DNA of 64,000 nucleotides from an uncultured archaeon (GCA_000965745.1 CP009479.1:1504001-1568000), one strand, 5' to 3'; numbered from the stretch's first letter, positions 7,423-18,378 are shown. Notes: generated by a model not told the origin, from the sequence alone. A program made the numbers and translations.

Positions 7423-8979
7423 ATGCCTGCTGAAATTCCAGATTACCACATCTCCGATAACGGACAATTGGATACTCAGCACGGGAAAAAGATACAGGTT
7501 GTTGAGGAATATCCGGTAGTAGAAGGCATAGCATCAGTACGGATCCTGCTTAACAGTGATGATCTTGAACACATATATTTTGTAAAGGAGCCGGAAAATG
7601 GGTTCAGAGAATTGAAAATTATTGACAGCATGGTTTCTGAGATAGAAAGAATGATCCCCCTCCTCCTGGAAGGCGGCGAATTAGATACTTTCCAGGACCT
7701 AGATTATGTGATAAGCAAGTACATTTCTGACCGGCATCATGATTTCGACAATGATCTGAAGAAGAAGCTTATGTATGCGGTGCAGAAAAAACACGTGGGA
7801 TTTGGAAAATTACATGTTGCGGTATTGGATGCCGAAGTGGAAGATGTCTCATGCAATGGACCTGGAATGCCTGTCTTCGTTTACCACAAGAAGTATGGGT
7901 CGCTTAAAACGAATATCTACTTCAAGAATGAAGCTGAACTTTCTTCAAACCTGGTAAAATTTGCCCAGCTGTGCGGGAAGGAAGTTTCAGTCAGCAGCCC
8001 AATTCTTGACGGAATAACAAACGCAGGACACAGGATTCAGGGAATGTACGGACACGAAATTTCACCAAAGGGTTCTGCATTTACCATAAGGCTGTTCAGA
8101 GAGAAGCCTTTCACACCGATCGATCTAATGAAGTCTGGTTCTGCTTCCGCTGAAATGATAGCCTACTTCTGGTATATGGTAGAATACCTGAATTCTGCAC
8201 TTATAGTCGGTCCACCTGCGGTTGGAAAGACATCCACCTTGAATTCAATCCTCATGCTTGTTCCACCAAACACAAAGATATTCAGCATTGAGGAGACGAG
8301 AGAAATCAACATTCTGCACCCAAACTGGGTGGCAGCTTCTACGAGGGAAACAAGCAACACATCCGCCAGCTTCAGGGGCACGGACACCGTAATAGACCTT
8401 TTTGAGCTTGTCAAGATGGCGATGAGGCAGAGGCCCACATATCTTGCAGTAGGTGAAGTCAGGGGGAAAGAGGCATACACGCTCTTCCAGGCTATGTCCA
8501 CAGGGCATACCACATATTCTACAATGCATGCCGAATCCATGTCAACACTTCTCAACAGGCTTGAAAGCGAGCCTCTGAATGTTCCACGGATACTTGTATC
8601 CTATTTGAAAACTGTAATTATAGCGCATTTCATCAGGAAGGGGCAGGGAACAATCAGGAGAATAACTGAGGTAAACGAAATAGTGGGTGTGGACAGCAAA
8701 ACCGGCGAAGTGATATACAACAGGGCGTTTTCCTACGACTCCAGGACAGATACCCATGTGTTTTCAGGGTACAGCCTTCTCCTGAAAAAGATAGCCGCCC
8801 TTAGAAACATAGATGAGGAGGCTCTGATGAAGGAATTTCAGGACAGAATTTCATTGATAGATGGCCTCGCAAATAAAGAAAATCTCGAATACCGGGAAAT
8901 CGCTGAAACAGTATCAAGATACTACAATGGGAGAAGGGATGAGTCAAGAATCATCAGGAAGAGTAAAGATGGAGAGTAA
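7423..8979 (+). CDS. Type II/IV secretion (type IV pilus, FlaI/TadA-like) ATPase
   Basis: GPPAVGKT, SIEETREI, MRQRPTYLAVGEVRG and STMHA. Confidence 0.92.
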   Translation: MPAEIPDYHISDNGQLDTQHGKKIQVVEEYPVVEGIASVRILLNSDDLEHIYFVKEPENGFRELKIIDSMVSEIERMIPLLLEGGELDTFQDLDYVISKYISDRHHDFDNDLKKKLMYAVQKKHVGFGKLHVAVLDAEVEDVSCNGPGMPVFVYHKKYGSLKTNIYFKNEAELSSNLVKFAQLCGKEVSVSSPILDGITNAGHRIQGMYGHEISPKGSAFTIRLFREKPFTPIDLMKSGSASAEMIAYFWYMVEYLNSALIVGPPAVGKTSTLNSILMLVPPNTKIFSIEETREINILHPNWVAASTRETSNTSASFRGTDTVIDLFELVKMAMRQRPTYLAVGEVRGKEAYTLFQAMSTGHTTYSTMHAESMSTLLNRLESEPLNVPRILVSYLKTVIIAHFIRKGQGTIRRITEVNEIVGVDSKTGEVIYNRAFSYDSRTDTHVFSGYSLLLKKIAALRNIDEEALMKEFQDRISLIDGLANKENLEYREIAETVSRYYNGRRDESRIIRKSKDGE

Positions 8980-9895
8980 CAGCAACATACCTGAGAATGG
9001 GAAACGTTCAAGAACTGCCGTCAACCTCAAGAAACAGTTTTTTTTCGTGAACGTCTCAACAGTGTTGTTGGGCAGGTTTTTCTCTGATCAGTCCAGGTTC
9101 TCAAGAACTTCAAGGGAACTTTCTGTCTCAAAAATACCCCTTACCCTGAAGGAGTTTCTTTCCACAGTTGCACTTTCATCCGTAATATTCGCCGTGGCCC
9201 TGACAGCCACCATGACGCTTCTATCCATGCTCTATCCCAATCTGGCATTCCTGTTGTATTCATTCACTTTTCTGATCACGGTAGCATTCATTGCCCTTCT
9301 CCTTGAACTGCCGAATATCGTTACACGGAACAGGATGAGGGACATAAATGCAAAACTTCCCGTGGCCATCGCGTTTGTGGCCACTCTCGCATCGGCGGAT
9401 GTATCAGTTGACGAAATAGTCAGGGAGCTTGGCCAGGCCCGGGAATTTGGGGAAATCTCCAGGGAAGCCAGATCAATATCTGTTTCGAGCAGAATGTTTG
9501 GGAAGGATATAATCAGCGCACTCAGGGAATCATCAGCACTGTCTCCGTCCCCGAGACTCGCAGATTTTTTCCAGGGGATCACAACCACTGTAACGACAGG
9601 CGGAGACCTCAAACTTTACTTCACTACAAAATCAAGAGAATATTACGGGGAACAGGAGAATCAAATCAAGAAGAACTCAGAATCAGTGGGCATCATGAGT
9701 GAAAGTTACATAACCGTGGGAGTTGCCTTTCCGCTGATACTCATGATAATCCTGGGCGTGGTCGGTGCCCTGTCGCCAGTTTCCCCGGCATCAGTAATTA
9801 CATTTCTCTACCTTATCGGCTTTGTAATGATCCCCGCGCTGGCAGCATTTTTCACATACATTCTCCGCTCGACTCTCAGGGAGGTGGAAACATAG
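8939..9895 (+). CDS. Type IV pilus membrane platform protein (TadC/FlaJ-like)
   Basis: T2SSF-like INAKLP..., FGKDIISAL, SPSPRLADFF; TM helices. Start is 8939 or 8969. Confidence 0.85.
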   Translation: MSQESSGRVKMESNSNIPENGKRSRTAVNLKKQFFFVNVSTVLLGRFFSDQSRFSRTSRELSVSKIPLTLKEFLSTVALSSVIFAVALTATMTLLSMLYPNLAFLLYSFTFLITVAFIALLLELPNIVTRNRMRDINAKLPVAIAFVATLASADVSVDEIVRELGQAREFGEISREARSISVSSRMFGKDIISALRESSALSPSPRLADFFQGITTTVTTGGDLKLYFTTKSREYYGEQENQIKKNSESVGIMSESYITVGVAFPLILMIILGVVGALSPVSPASVITFLYLIGFVMIPALAAFFTYILRSTLREVET

Positions 9896-10722
9896 AAAGG
9901 AAGGCGGCTGCAGGATTGCTTTCATTATTATTTTCTGCAGTTTTCATTGCCGGCAGTGCTGTTTTTACGACTTCTGCGTACAGCATCAGGGAAAATCCGA
10001 TATTCATCTCATCAATCGCAATTGCTGTGCCGATGATAGCCTACGGGAGCTTCGACTATATTGAAATCCAGCGGATATACAAAGCAGAACGGAAACTTCC
10101 TGATCTGCTGAGGGACCTCTCAAATTACACATCATTCGGAATTCCCCTTTCTGAAGCCTTCATGAGAATAGGGATGAATGACTACGGTATTCTCACCGGA
10201 GGTGTGAGGAGAGTTTCATCACTTGTCACCGCGGGGGTTGGCTTCGAAAAAGCAGTGAAGGAGCTTGGCTCGGGAGTAAAGTCATCAAAGATAGCAATGG
10301 TCTCAAAAATTCTCCAGAAGTCCAATGAATCTGGCAGCAACACTTCAGATGTCATATGGATACTTTCCGAATTCTCCACCAGGGCAGAACTTCTGCGGGG
10401 ATCACGGATAGGTGACATGAAGAACTACAATCTTGTCATGATAATATCCTTCGCAGTTTTCCTGTTTGTTATTCTGTTCCTTGATGTCAGGTTCCTGCAG
10501 GTTATGTTCGAACACAGCATTGCGACCGGCTCCTTTATAGCCGGAAATCTTTCAAGCTCCACCATCGAAAACGCATTCAGTGTAGGGGTCATTGTTCAGG
10601 CTGTTGCAATCGGCATGATATCGGGGGTACTTAGGGATGTGAGAATCACTTCAGGCCTTCTTCTGTCAGGCATTCTGGTTGCCGTGACAACATTCATCTT
10701 CTCTGTTGCGGGGGTGTTCTGA
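9892..10722 (+). CDS. Second TadB/TadC-like membrane platform protein
   Basis: ERKLPDLLRDL...GIPLSEAF...YGIL. Start is either in-frame ATA 9892 behind a GGAGGTG SD or TTG 9916. Confidence 0.85.
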   Translation: MERKAAAGLLSLLFSAVFIAGSAVFTTSAYSIRENPIFISSIAIAVPMIAYGSFDYIEIQRIYKAERKLPDLLRDLSNYTSFGIPLSEAFMRIGMNDYGILTGGVRRVSSLVTAGVGFEKAVKELGSGVKSSKIAMVSKILQKSNESGSNTSDVIWILSEFSTRAELLRGSRIGDMKNYNLVMIISFAVFLFVILFLDVRFLQVMFEHSIATGSFIAGNLSSSTIENAFSVGVIVQAVAIGMISGVLRDVRITSGLLLSGILVAVTTFIFSVAGVF

Positions 10723-12257
10723 TGGTGAAACGCCGTGGTTCCGGCAACAGCCTGGATGAGGTTCTTTTTTCAAGGGACCTCACAATTCCGGAACAGAGGG
10801 AGAACGATCTTTTCACCTATGAGATTGACCCGGGAAGGGTATACTCGAGAGTGCACATATCAGAGGACAGCTCAATCATGTACGACCTGGTTGAGCCTTA
10901 TATGAACGAGATTCTCCACAAGATATATATCAGCCTTAGGGAGAAGATAGTGAGGCTCATATCCGACCGGTCAGGGAACGGGAAAAAGGTTGCGGACACC
11001 GCGGAACAGATTAACGAAGCTGTAGTTTCTTCATCTCTGGAGCAGAAAGGAAAGAAACTGGTATACTACTACCTGAACAGGGATTTTCTCGGATTGGACA
11101 TAATCGACGGCCTTCTGAAGGACCCCAATATTGAGGATATTACTTGCGATGGATCCCACGTGCCGGTTTTTGTTTACCACACGTCCTACGGTTTCATCCC
11201 CACCAACGTCAAATTCAGAAACGATGAAGAGCTGAACTCTTTCATAAGGAAGACAGTTCAGAGAACAGGAAAAAATATTTCCATATCATCCCCACTGGCA
11301 GATTCGATTCTGCCGGATGGATCAAGGATCCAGGCATCACTGGGCAGGTATGTGACCACAAACGGCCCCAGCTTCACCATCCGGAAATTCAAGGAGGTGC
11401 CGCTAAGCCCGATTGACCTGATCGTCAACGGCACAGCATCACCCGATATATTCGCCTACCTGTGGATACTCACGGAGTATGGCGCCAACATAATGATTAC
11501 AGGTGGAACGGCCACAGGCAAAACCACATTCCTTAATTCAATCCTTCTATTTGCTCCCCCTGAAAAGAAGATCGTGAGCATAGAGGATACCCGGGAGATC
11601 AACCTGTATCATGAAAACTGGCTTTCTACAGTGACCAGGCCTGGGTTCGGGCAGTCATCAGAAGGCAGGAATTCTGGAGAAATTGACATGTTCGACCTTC
11701 TCGTCTCATCCATGAGGCACAGGCCCGATTATGTTGTCATAGGTGAAGTAAGAGGCAGGGAGACGTTCACCGTGTTCCAGGCAATGTCTGTGGGCAGGTA
11801 TTCCTACTGCACCTTCCATGCAGATGGAGTGGATACGCTTATTCACAGGCTTGAATCCAAACCCATCAATATCCCGAGAAACCTGATCTCATCACTCGAT
11901 ACTGTTGTAGTCCTTTCCATGGCAGAGAGGGATGGCAGGCAGCAGCGGATAACATCTACTATATCAGAAATTACAGGCCTTGACCAGGGCAGTGGAGAGA
12001 TAATTACAAACCGGCTTTACGACTGGGAACCTTCTTCAAACGTTTATGAATCATCGCTTTTCAGCTACGTTCTGGAAAGAATAGCGGAACGGACAGGGCA
12101 GTCCCTCTCTGACCTTGAAAATGAGCACAGGCTGAGAACCATGCTGTTGAGGTCCATGATAGAAAACGGAATAACCAGGTTCGATGATGTTGCGTCAATT
12201 GTCAGAAAATATCACAGGGACAGGGATTCAGTTCTGGACAACTATTCTATTCATTAG
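10722..12257 (+). CDS. Second type II/IV secretion ATPase
   Basis: GGTATGKT, SIEDTREI, MRHRPDYVVIGEVRG and CTFHA. Confidence 0.92.
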   Translation: MVKRRGSGNSLDEVLFSRDLTIPEQRENDLFTYEIDPGRVYSRVHISEDSSIMYDLVEPYMNEILHKIYISLREKIVRLISDRSGNGKKVADTAEQINEAVVSSSLEQKGKKLVYYYLNRDFLGLDIIDGLLKDPNIEDITCDGSHVPVFVYHTSYGFIPTNVKFRNDEELNSFIRKTVQRTGKNISISSPLADSILPDGSRIQASLGRYVTTNGPSFTIRKFKEVPLSPIDLIVNGTASPDIFAYLWILTEYGANIMITGGTATGKTTFLNSILLFAPPEKKIVSIEDTREINLYHENWLSTVTRPGFGQSSEGRNSGEIDMFDLLVSSMRHRPDYVVIGEVRGRETFTVFQAMSVGRYSYCTFHADGVDTLIHRLESKPINIPRNLISSLDTVVVLSMAERDGRQQRITSTISEITGLDQGSGEIITNRLYDWEPSSNVYESSLFSYVLERIAERTGQSLSDLENEHRLRTMLLRSMIENGITRFDDVASIVRKYHRDRDSVLDNYSIH

Positions 12258-13566
12258 AACGGGGAGTTTTTTCATCCGGTGATCCCTCGCTTGCTCCAAA
12301 GAGCCTGTCGGACAGTATTGGAAGGTATATTGTCTGCAGCACAATTGAGAACAGCACAACGAATGATGTGGAAACCGAAATCAGGGGCCCCCATGTTATA
12401 AGTACCTGATTGTTGGTATTGAGCCCCACGGCATAAGGCAGCGTGGAAAGAACAACGGTGACCACTCCCCTCGGGCCAGTGAGCGAGAAGAATGCCCTGA
12501 TTCTATTGTTAATTGGCGGTCCCCTCCCCTTCCTTCCTGAAATTCCGAGTGCTGCAAATACTGATGCCGGGCGGGCAATGAAGATCACGACCAGGGAAAG
12601 GGCAAAGCCTATCAGGGCATACTCGAACAGGTCACCTCTGGTAATCTGGCTTCCGAGGAGCAGAAATATCACAGTCTGGAGGAGGAATGCAAGACTCTGC
12701 TGGAAATTTGACTCCCTGTTCCAGAAAATGCTCTTGTCGGAGAAGTTCCCCACTATCGCACCCGTGGCTATAACTGCAGGGAAGGGGGTTATTCCAGCGG
12801 CTTCCAGAAAGGTGAATTCGAGGATCACGATGCCGAGAAGAAGGCCAACGACGAAATTCTCGAAATTGAGAAGCTTGTTTACATAGATCACTGTGAAGCC
12901 GATGGCGATCCCCACAACCGAGGGAACTGTAATCTGAAGCAGGAAGAACGATGCAATGCCTCCCGCGAATCCAACATAGTGGGCAAAGACACTGAACAGG
13001 GCAACATAGTTTGAGCTTGGCGCAACAAGGACTATTGCTATCGTTACGAGAATGATGCCCAGCGGGTCGTTGAAAAGGCTCTCCCCTACCAGGGTTCCGG
13101 AGATGTCCTCCTTGATTCTCATCCTCCTGAACAGGGGTATCAGCGTTACCGGATCGGTAGGTGAAACGATGGCCCCGAACAGGAACCCAACGGAGAAGGG
13201 AGCGCCTGTTATGAGCGAGAAGAAGAGTCCTGCAACTAGGGCGGTTATGATGATACCGACTGTATCAAGGGAAATAATCCTCCAGAAATGCCTCCTGAGA
13301 ACCCTGAAACTTATGTTGTGGCTCTCGTAATAGAGTATGAATACGAGGGCCAGGAGTCCGAATCCCACTCCCCCGAAATTGTTCATGAAGTTGACGGCAA
13401 ATCCAGTCTGAACGATTCCAAGAACGGGCCCGAAAAGTATGCCGAGTACAATAAGGATCGGGATCTCAGCTACAGATACCTTACGGGCAATAGGTATAGC
13501 AAAGGCTGCCAGAATTAGAATTAGACTTATCTGGTAGTATTCCGTTGTTATATCTATTACCGCCAT
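12247..13566 (-). CDS. Na+/H+ antiporter (CPA1/NhaP family)
   Basis: SPTDP, GESLFND and GPRG motifs; ~12 TM segments. Confidence 0.9.
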   Translation of the reverse strand: MAVIDITTEYYQISLILILAAFAIPIARKVSVAEIPILIVLGILFGPVLGIVQTGFAVNFMNNFGGVGFGLLALVFILYYESHNISFRVLRRHFWRIISLDTVGIIITALVAGLFFSLITGAPFSVGFLFGAIVSPTDPVTLIPLFRRMRIKEDISGTLVGESLFNDPLGIILVTIAIVLVAPSSNYVALFSVFAHYVGFAGGIASFFLLQITVPSVVGIAIGFTVIYVNKLLNFENFVVGLLLGIVILEFTFLEAAGITPFPAVIATGAIVGNFSDKSIFWNRESNFQQSLAFLLQTVIFLLLGSQITRGDLFEYALIGFALSLVVIFIARPASVFAALGISGRKGRGPPINNRIRAFFSLTGPRGVVTVVLSTLPYAVGLNTNNQVLITWGPLISVSTSFVVLFSIVLQTIYLPILSDRLFGASEGSPDEKTPRSNE

Positions 13567-13581
13567 GAATGCTGATCATCC

Positions 13582-14313
13582 TCAATTATCCTTTGTCAGT
13601 GGCATTCTCCTCTTGTGCCGGGAGTTGAGATACATCAGGTGCACCTTCCTGTGCCTGCCTGATATCTCACCCGTTTTCCTTTCAAAGAGGTCCTTGAGTA
13701 TTTCATCAAGGTCATCGTATGACATTCCCAGTTCGGTTTCGTCAAACTGGTTTGCCCACAAACCCGCCGAAGGCCTCTTGTTTATTATTGATATTGGTAC
13801 ATCGAGCTCCCTGGCCAGCTCCCTGACCTCATGTTTGTAGAGGCCAATTATCGGCTCGATATCACAGCCTCCGTCGCCGTATTTGGTAAAATATCCTACA
13901 AGGTTCTCGCTCTTGTTGGTCGTCCCTACCACAAGGCCATTATACAGGTTTGAATGGTAGTATAGAGTGACCATTCTAACTCTCGACTTCATGTTTCCTA
14001 TGATCTTGGGATCTGAAGCAGAGAGCGTTTTCCTGAATGCATCAACCATTGGTTGTATGTTGACCGTCTTTACATCCACGCCTGATGCTTCAGCGAGCTC
14101 ATTTACATCCCTGTAGTCACTTTCCGGGGTGCCCTCATCGGGCATGAATACAGCGACTATGGAATCTTTTCCAAGAACCTTCTTCAGGAGCATCAAAACA
14201 GTCGCGCTGTCTATTCCGCCACTGACTCCAACGACTGCTTTTTTCTTCCCCAGGTTTTCAGACAGGAACCCGGTGATCTCCTCAAGATTCTTTGATTTGT
14301 GCTGCATTGACAC
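13582..14313 (-). CDS. nadE: NH3-dependent NAD+ synthetase
   Basis: SGGIDS, GNMKSRVRM, GYFTKYGDG and PSAGLW. Confidence 0.95.
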   Translation of the reverse strand: MSMQHKSKNLEEITGFLSENLGKKKAVVGVSGGIDSATVLMLLKKVLGKDSIVAVFMPDEGTPESDYRDVNELAEASGVDVKTVNIQPMVDAFRKTLSASDPKIIGNMKSRVRMVTLYYHSNLYNGLVVGTTNKSENLVGYFTKYGDGGCDIEPIIGLYKHEVRELARELDVPISIINKRPSAGLWANQFDETELGMSYDDLDEILKDLFERKTGEISGRHRKVHLMYLNSRHKRRMPLTKDN

Positions 14314-14426
14314 ATTTCATTATATTTACTGGTCAAATAAATATTACTGAGTCAATTTATTTACAGACCTTTGAATATTCCTCTATTACTTATAAATATA
14401 ATCGAAAATATTTTAACGCCGGTGCC

Positions 14427-15311
14427 TCAGTCAACGAAATTTTTCATCTGAGCCCTAGCCGCCTTTAGCAGGTTCTCGAACATGCACGCTGTAGTAACTG
14501 GTCCGACACCTCCCGGAACGGGCGTTATGGCTTTTACCTTGTCCTTGATGCTTTCAAAGTCCGCATCGCCGGTCAGCTTCCCGTTGGCGTAGTTTATTCC
14601 AGCATCAATTACTATGGAATTTCCAGTCACGTGATCAGGCGTAAGAAACCCGGCTTTACCCACCCCAACAACAATAAAGTCACTCTCCCTCGTTATCTTA
14701 GGGATATCATGCGTCCTGCTGTGGCACACGCTCACGGTAAAATCCCTGTTGAGCAGCATAAGGGCCAATGGCCTGCCAATAACAGGAGACCTGTTGATTA
14801 TTGTGACCGTTGAACCCCTTTCAGGCTCCTGCAGTTCTATGAGCGTCCTGATGGCCTGTGCAGTGGCAGGCAGCATGTACTCTCTGTTGAGTGCAATCTT
14901 TCCCTGGTTTATCTCGGTTATGCAGTCTATGTCCTTCTGCGGGTCAATACGCTGTGCAATTCCAGTGTGATCAAGATGGGGGGGCAGTGGAGCTTCTATT
15001 ACAATACCGTTTGTACTGCTATCCGCTGAAAATCCTGAGATTACCTTCCCCAACTCCTCTTCTGTAGTCTTTTCGCCAAGTTCCGTAAGCTCGACATTCA
15101 CACCAAGCTTCTTCCCGTATCTCATCTTGGACCTGATGTATGATGCAGAAGAATCGTCTCCTCCCACAGAGATCAGTCTCATCGACGGAACTATGCCGGT
15201 TTCCGATCTTAGCGAGGCGATATCCCTTATCAGCTTCTCCTTCTTTTCAGAGGCAACAGCCTTACCGTCTATAAGCATCCTATTACCAGATCTGATAGCG
15301 TTCAGCTCCAT
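14427..15311 (-). CDS. folD: Methylene-THF dehydrogenase/cyclohydrolase
   Basis: KDID, RSPVIGRP and TPVPGGVGP. Confidence 0.95.
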   Translation of the reverse strand: MELNAIRSGNRMLIDGKAVASEKKEKLIRDIASLRSETGIVPSMRLISVGGDDSSASYIRSKMRYGKKLGVNVELTELGEKTTEEELGKVISGFSADSSTNGIVIEAPLPPHLDHTGIAQRIDPQKDIDCITEINQGKIALNREYMLPATAQAIRTLIELQEPERGSTVTIINRSPVIGRPLALMLLNRDFTVSVCHSRTHDIPKITRESDFIVVGVGKAGFLTPDHVTGNSIVIDAGINYANGKLTGDADFESIKDKVKAITPVPGGVGPVTTACMFENLLKAARAQMKNFVD

Positions 15312-16396
15312 TTAATGACTGACTTTATCTCTCCATGCGGTTTGCTGGTGAACACACCTGTATCAGCGGGATCGAATTTTGCTGTTATCATGTTGCTGAG
15401 AGCATCCCCGTGTATGTACTTCCATTTCCTCAGATATCTGATTGCGGTTTCATAGTGGGTCTTGGCAGCATCAACCACTCCCGCGACGGTTATATTCCTC
15501 TCAACAAGGTAATCTATGAAGCTTCCGTCAACCTGTGCTTCCGGGGCTTTTCCGTTTGTTCCAAAGAGGATGGCGACGGCGTTGTAGTTCAAGTACTTCA
15601 TGAACCTGAATACAGTCCCCGGGTCCCCACTGGTGTCGATAAGCAGGTCAATCCCACCTTTGACAACCTCTCCCTCATTTTTTGAATAATCAACAAAATT
15701 CACTCCAAAGCTGTTCAGCATCTCGACGTTTGAATCTTCAATCGGATGTCTGTTCACGGCCATAGTGTCAAAACCATACTCTCTCGACATGAAGGCATAA
15801 AGGTAACCCTGCGTGCCGGTCCCCACAACTACGGAACGTTTCCCATCAAGAGTGGAGTCCTTGCCAGCGTAAACTGCTCGCCTGCTTACCACATCGAAAA
15901 CTTCGAACCCCTTTACGACGTTCTTCAATGGCTCAGTCAGAACAGCAATGTCTGATATGTTGCTGTCAGATACCTTGACAAGATTCTCAATTCTGTCATA
16001 AAAATGTTCTCTCATGAATCCATGGAGCCCTGTAATTCCCGCTTCATGCTTGTCGCCGTCGGAGCAGTTGTCAGGCCTGCCTATGGAACAGTTGACACAT
16101 CCTCCGGGCCTTCTCACAAGAGGGACAACATAATCGCCCTTCTTTATTCCGAGATTGTTATCTGCGATTTCCAGAACCCGGCATAATGATTCATGGCCCA
16201 GAACAAGTCGATCCTCTCCTTCAGGATTGTAAGCGAATGGCAGTGATCCTCTGACAATGCCCCTGTCTGTGCCACATATACCAGTGTAAACAGGTTTAAG
16301 CTTCACTTCAAAATTTTCCGGCTCTTCTAGGTCTATGCTCTCATAAGTTACTCCGCCCCTGGGAGCTCTAGTGGTAAGGGCCATTACAGAACTCAT
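15302..16396 (-). CDS. gdh: Glucose 1-dehydrogenase (archaeal Zn-dependent MDR)
   Basis: GICGTDR, LGHE, VRRP, CVNC..GRPDNC and LTEPLKN. Confidence 0.88.
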   Translation of the reverse strand: MSSVMALTTRAPRGGVTYESIDLEEPENFEVKLKPVYTGICGTDRGIVRGSLPFAYNPEGEDRLVLGHESLCRVLEIADNNLGIKKGDYVVPLVRRPGGCVNCSIGRPDNCSDGDKHEAGITGLHGFMREHFYDRIENLVKVSDSNISDIAVLTEPLKNVVKGFEVFDVVSRRAVYAGKDSTLDGKRSVVVGTGTQGYLYAFMSREYGFDTMAVNRHPIEDSNVEMLNSFGVNFVDYSKNEGEVVKGGIDLLIDTSGDPGTVFRFMKYLNYNAVAILFGTNGKAPEAQVDGSFIDYLVERNITVAGVVDAAKTHYETAIRYLRKWKYIHGDALSNMITAKFDPADTGVFTSKPHGEIKSVIKWS

Positions 16397-16441
16397 GATC
16401 CTGCGATCTGATATGATTATATAAAGTATGTTCAGATAATA

Positions 16442-17029
16442 CTAAAGCAGATGCCCCATTTTTTTCTTCTTGGTTTCAAGGTAAAACTCGTCAAATTCAG
16501 TGGGTGAACTTTTCATGGGAATTATACCTTTTATTTTTATCCCCCGTTCCTCAAGATATTTTATCTTTGCAGGGTTATTGGTTATAAGCCTGACAGATTT
16601 GATCTTGAAATAATTCAGAACGTTTATGACATAATCATATTCCCTGTTGTCCGCAGGGAGGCCAAGCCTGAGATTGGCATCAACAGTATCATACCCCTCA
16701 TCCTGGAGGCTGTAGGCTTTAATCTTGTTGAGAAGCCCTATCCCCCTTCCTTCCTGCCTGAGATAGATAAGCACTCCATAATCCTGTTTGCCCAGAAAAA
16801 CGAGGGACTTAATGAGCTGATCCCGGCAGTCGCATCTCCTTGACCCGAATACATCCCCGGTGACACATTCCGAATGTATCCTCAGGGGCACTTCTTCCTT
16901 GCCTTCGACATCTCCCCTGACAAGCACTGCGTGTTCGGACTGGTCATCGGTCTCGAAGGTGTAAATCCTGAATTCTCCAGCCATCGTAGGAAGCTTTGCA
17001 CTGGAATAATACTCGAACATCTTTCCCAT
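16442..17029 (-). CDS. ribA: GTP cyclohydrolase II
   Basis: [22 protein letters not shown] and TNNPAK. Confidence 0.95.
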   Translation of the reverse strand: MGKMFEYYSSAKLPTMAGEFRIYTFETDDQSEHAVLVRGDVEGKEEVPLRIHSECVTGDVFGSRRCDCRDQLIKSLVFLGKQDYGVLIYLRQEGRGIGLLNKIKAYSLQDEGYDTVDANLRLGLPADNREYDYVINVLNYFKIKSVRLITNNPAKIKYLEERGIKIKGIIPMKSSPTEFDEFYLETKKKKMGHLL

Positions 17030-17124
17030 CAGTTAGTGGTTTGTGGTATAAAATGTATTGTCATAAGTTCTTTGACACAGCACGCTAGACCGAATCTCCA
17101 GAGTGTGTGACCCATTGAAGCAGG

Positions 17125-18378
17125 TCACCCCACATGTGACATCACATCAGTCTGCATGGGCTTATCCAAGTTTTCTTCAATCTTGCTGCATACGATGTAC
17201 CTGCCATCAACCCTGAAAATGTAGAGATCCACTTCACCTGTGAGGTCAGTTTCCATATCCCTCCGGATCGTATAGTATTCTTCCGGATCAACAGAAAACC
17301 TGATGATGGCGTTTCTGCAATTCCTTTCTTTCAGGGTTCCGGTAAGCTCGGATTCATTGACAGTATCCAGCACTTCGAAGGCTTCTCCCGGGAACATCCA
17401 TTCCAGTTCATTGTCTGAAGTAAGGACAAATCTTCTTCTGTCTTTAACCAGAAGGGAAAATTCGCCGAGTTGTTTCACACCGTTAAGAAGCCTTGCATAC
17501 TGCAGGGAAATATCCGGGACGTAAAGGTACCTGCCCACTCTCCCGGCTTTCATGAAGTCGGAGGGGGAAGGTTTGCCCCGGATTCTCACATTCCAAGGCA
17601 GGATAACTGCCGACGATTCTGAATGACCCAGGTCGCCCTGGTAAAGGGTGAGCCTGTTCAGGGAGCCTCCTATGGAAATGTATTCTTTCTCCCCTTCTAG
17701 TGTCAGGTTGTCCCATGAAATCTGTGGAGGAAGATCAAAAACAAATTTCTCAGTTTTTCCCGAAAGCAGTTTCCTGAGAACAAGTGGTGAAGGTATAAGT
17801 GAAGGGAGTGACCTTTCCGACTCTGTTTTCGGCCTGAGAGGATCGGAAAAGATTACAGTTTCCTCATCAACTTTCAAGTTTTCAATTACATTGGCATAGT
17901 CTGCATTTATCACCCGATCAGGTGAATGTCCATATACAGATCCGTTAAGTTTCGTCATTGTCGCCCGCAAGGCTGAAACCTCGATTGAGGTGACTGAGCA
18001 AGTCTTAGAAAAGAATACCGACTGCATGCCTGCGCCGCATCCAACATCCACCATATTGGAGGATTGAAGCCTACCTGCCCTGTACAAGCCAACGATCTCG
18101 GGGGTGGAGTAGCTTGCAGAGTATGAATCGAGCCAGAGCCTGTTCCATTTAGTGAACTTGCCCGAAACGCTTAGCCTGGATCTGGCAACTTCAATCGCAC
18201 CTTCGAACATTATTGGCCCTTTGCCCAAGTTATTCCTGATTTTCTGTTCATCATGGCCTGACCGTAATGACTCTACGATATTATCGATGTACTCATTGGC
18301 AGAATCTAATTTTTCCCGGTCCCGGTATAGCTCATCCAGTTCTCTGGAGAACCTTCTTTCATTCTTCAACGGGAGCAC
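17125..18378 (-). CDS. SAM-dependent methyltransferase with THUMP-like C-terminus
   Basis: YSTPE, DVGCGAG and FSDPLR. Confidence 0.75.
   Translation of the reverse strand: MLPLKNERRFSRELDELYRDREKLDSANEYIDNIVESLRSGHDEQKIRNNLGKGPIMFEGAIEVARSRLSVSGKFTKWNRLWLDSYSASYSTPEIVGLYRAGRLQSSNMVDVGCGAGMQSVFFSKTCSVTSIEVSALRATMTKLNGSVYGHSPDRVINADYANVIENLKVDEETVIFSDPLRPKTESERSLPSLIPSPLVLRKLLSGKTEKFVFDLPPQISWDNLTLEGEKEYISIGGSLNRLTLYQGDLGHSESSAVILPWNVRIRGKPSPSDFMKAGRVGRYLYVPDISLQYARLLNGVKQLGEFSLLVKDRRRFVLTSDNELEWMFPGEAFEVLDTVNESELTGTLKERNCRNAIIRFSVDPEEYYTIRRDMETDLTGEVDLYIFRVDGRYIVCSKIEENLDKPMQTDVMSHVG

Noticed and set aside
16442-17029. Bacterial-type RibA as a novel transfer
   Set aside because: Bacterial-type riboflavin genes are, to my knowledge, ordinary in Thermoplasmatales.
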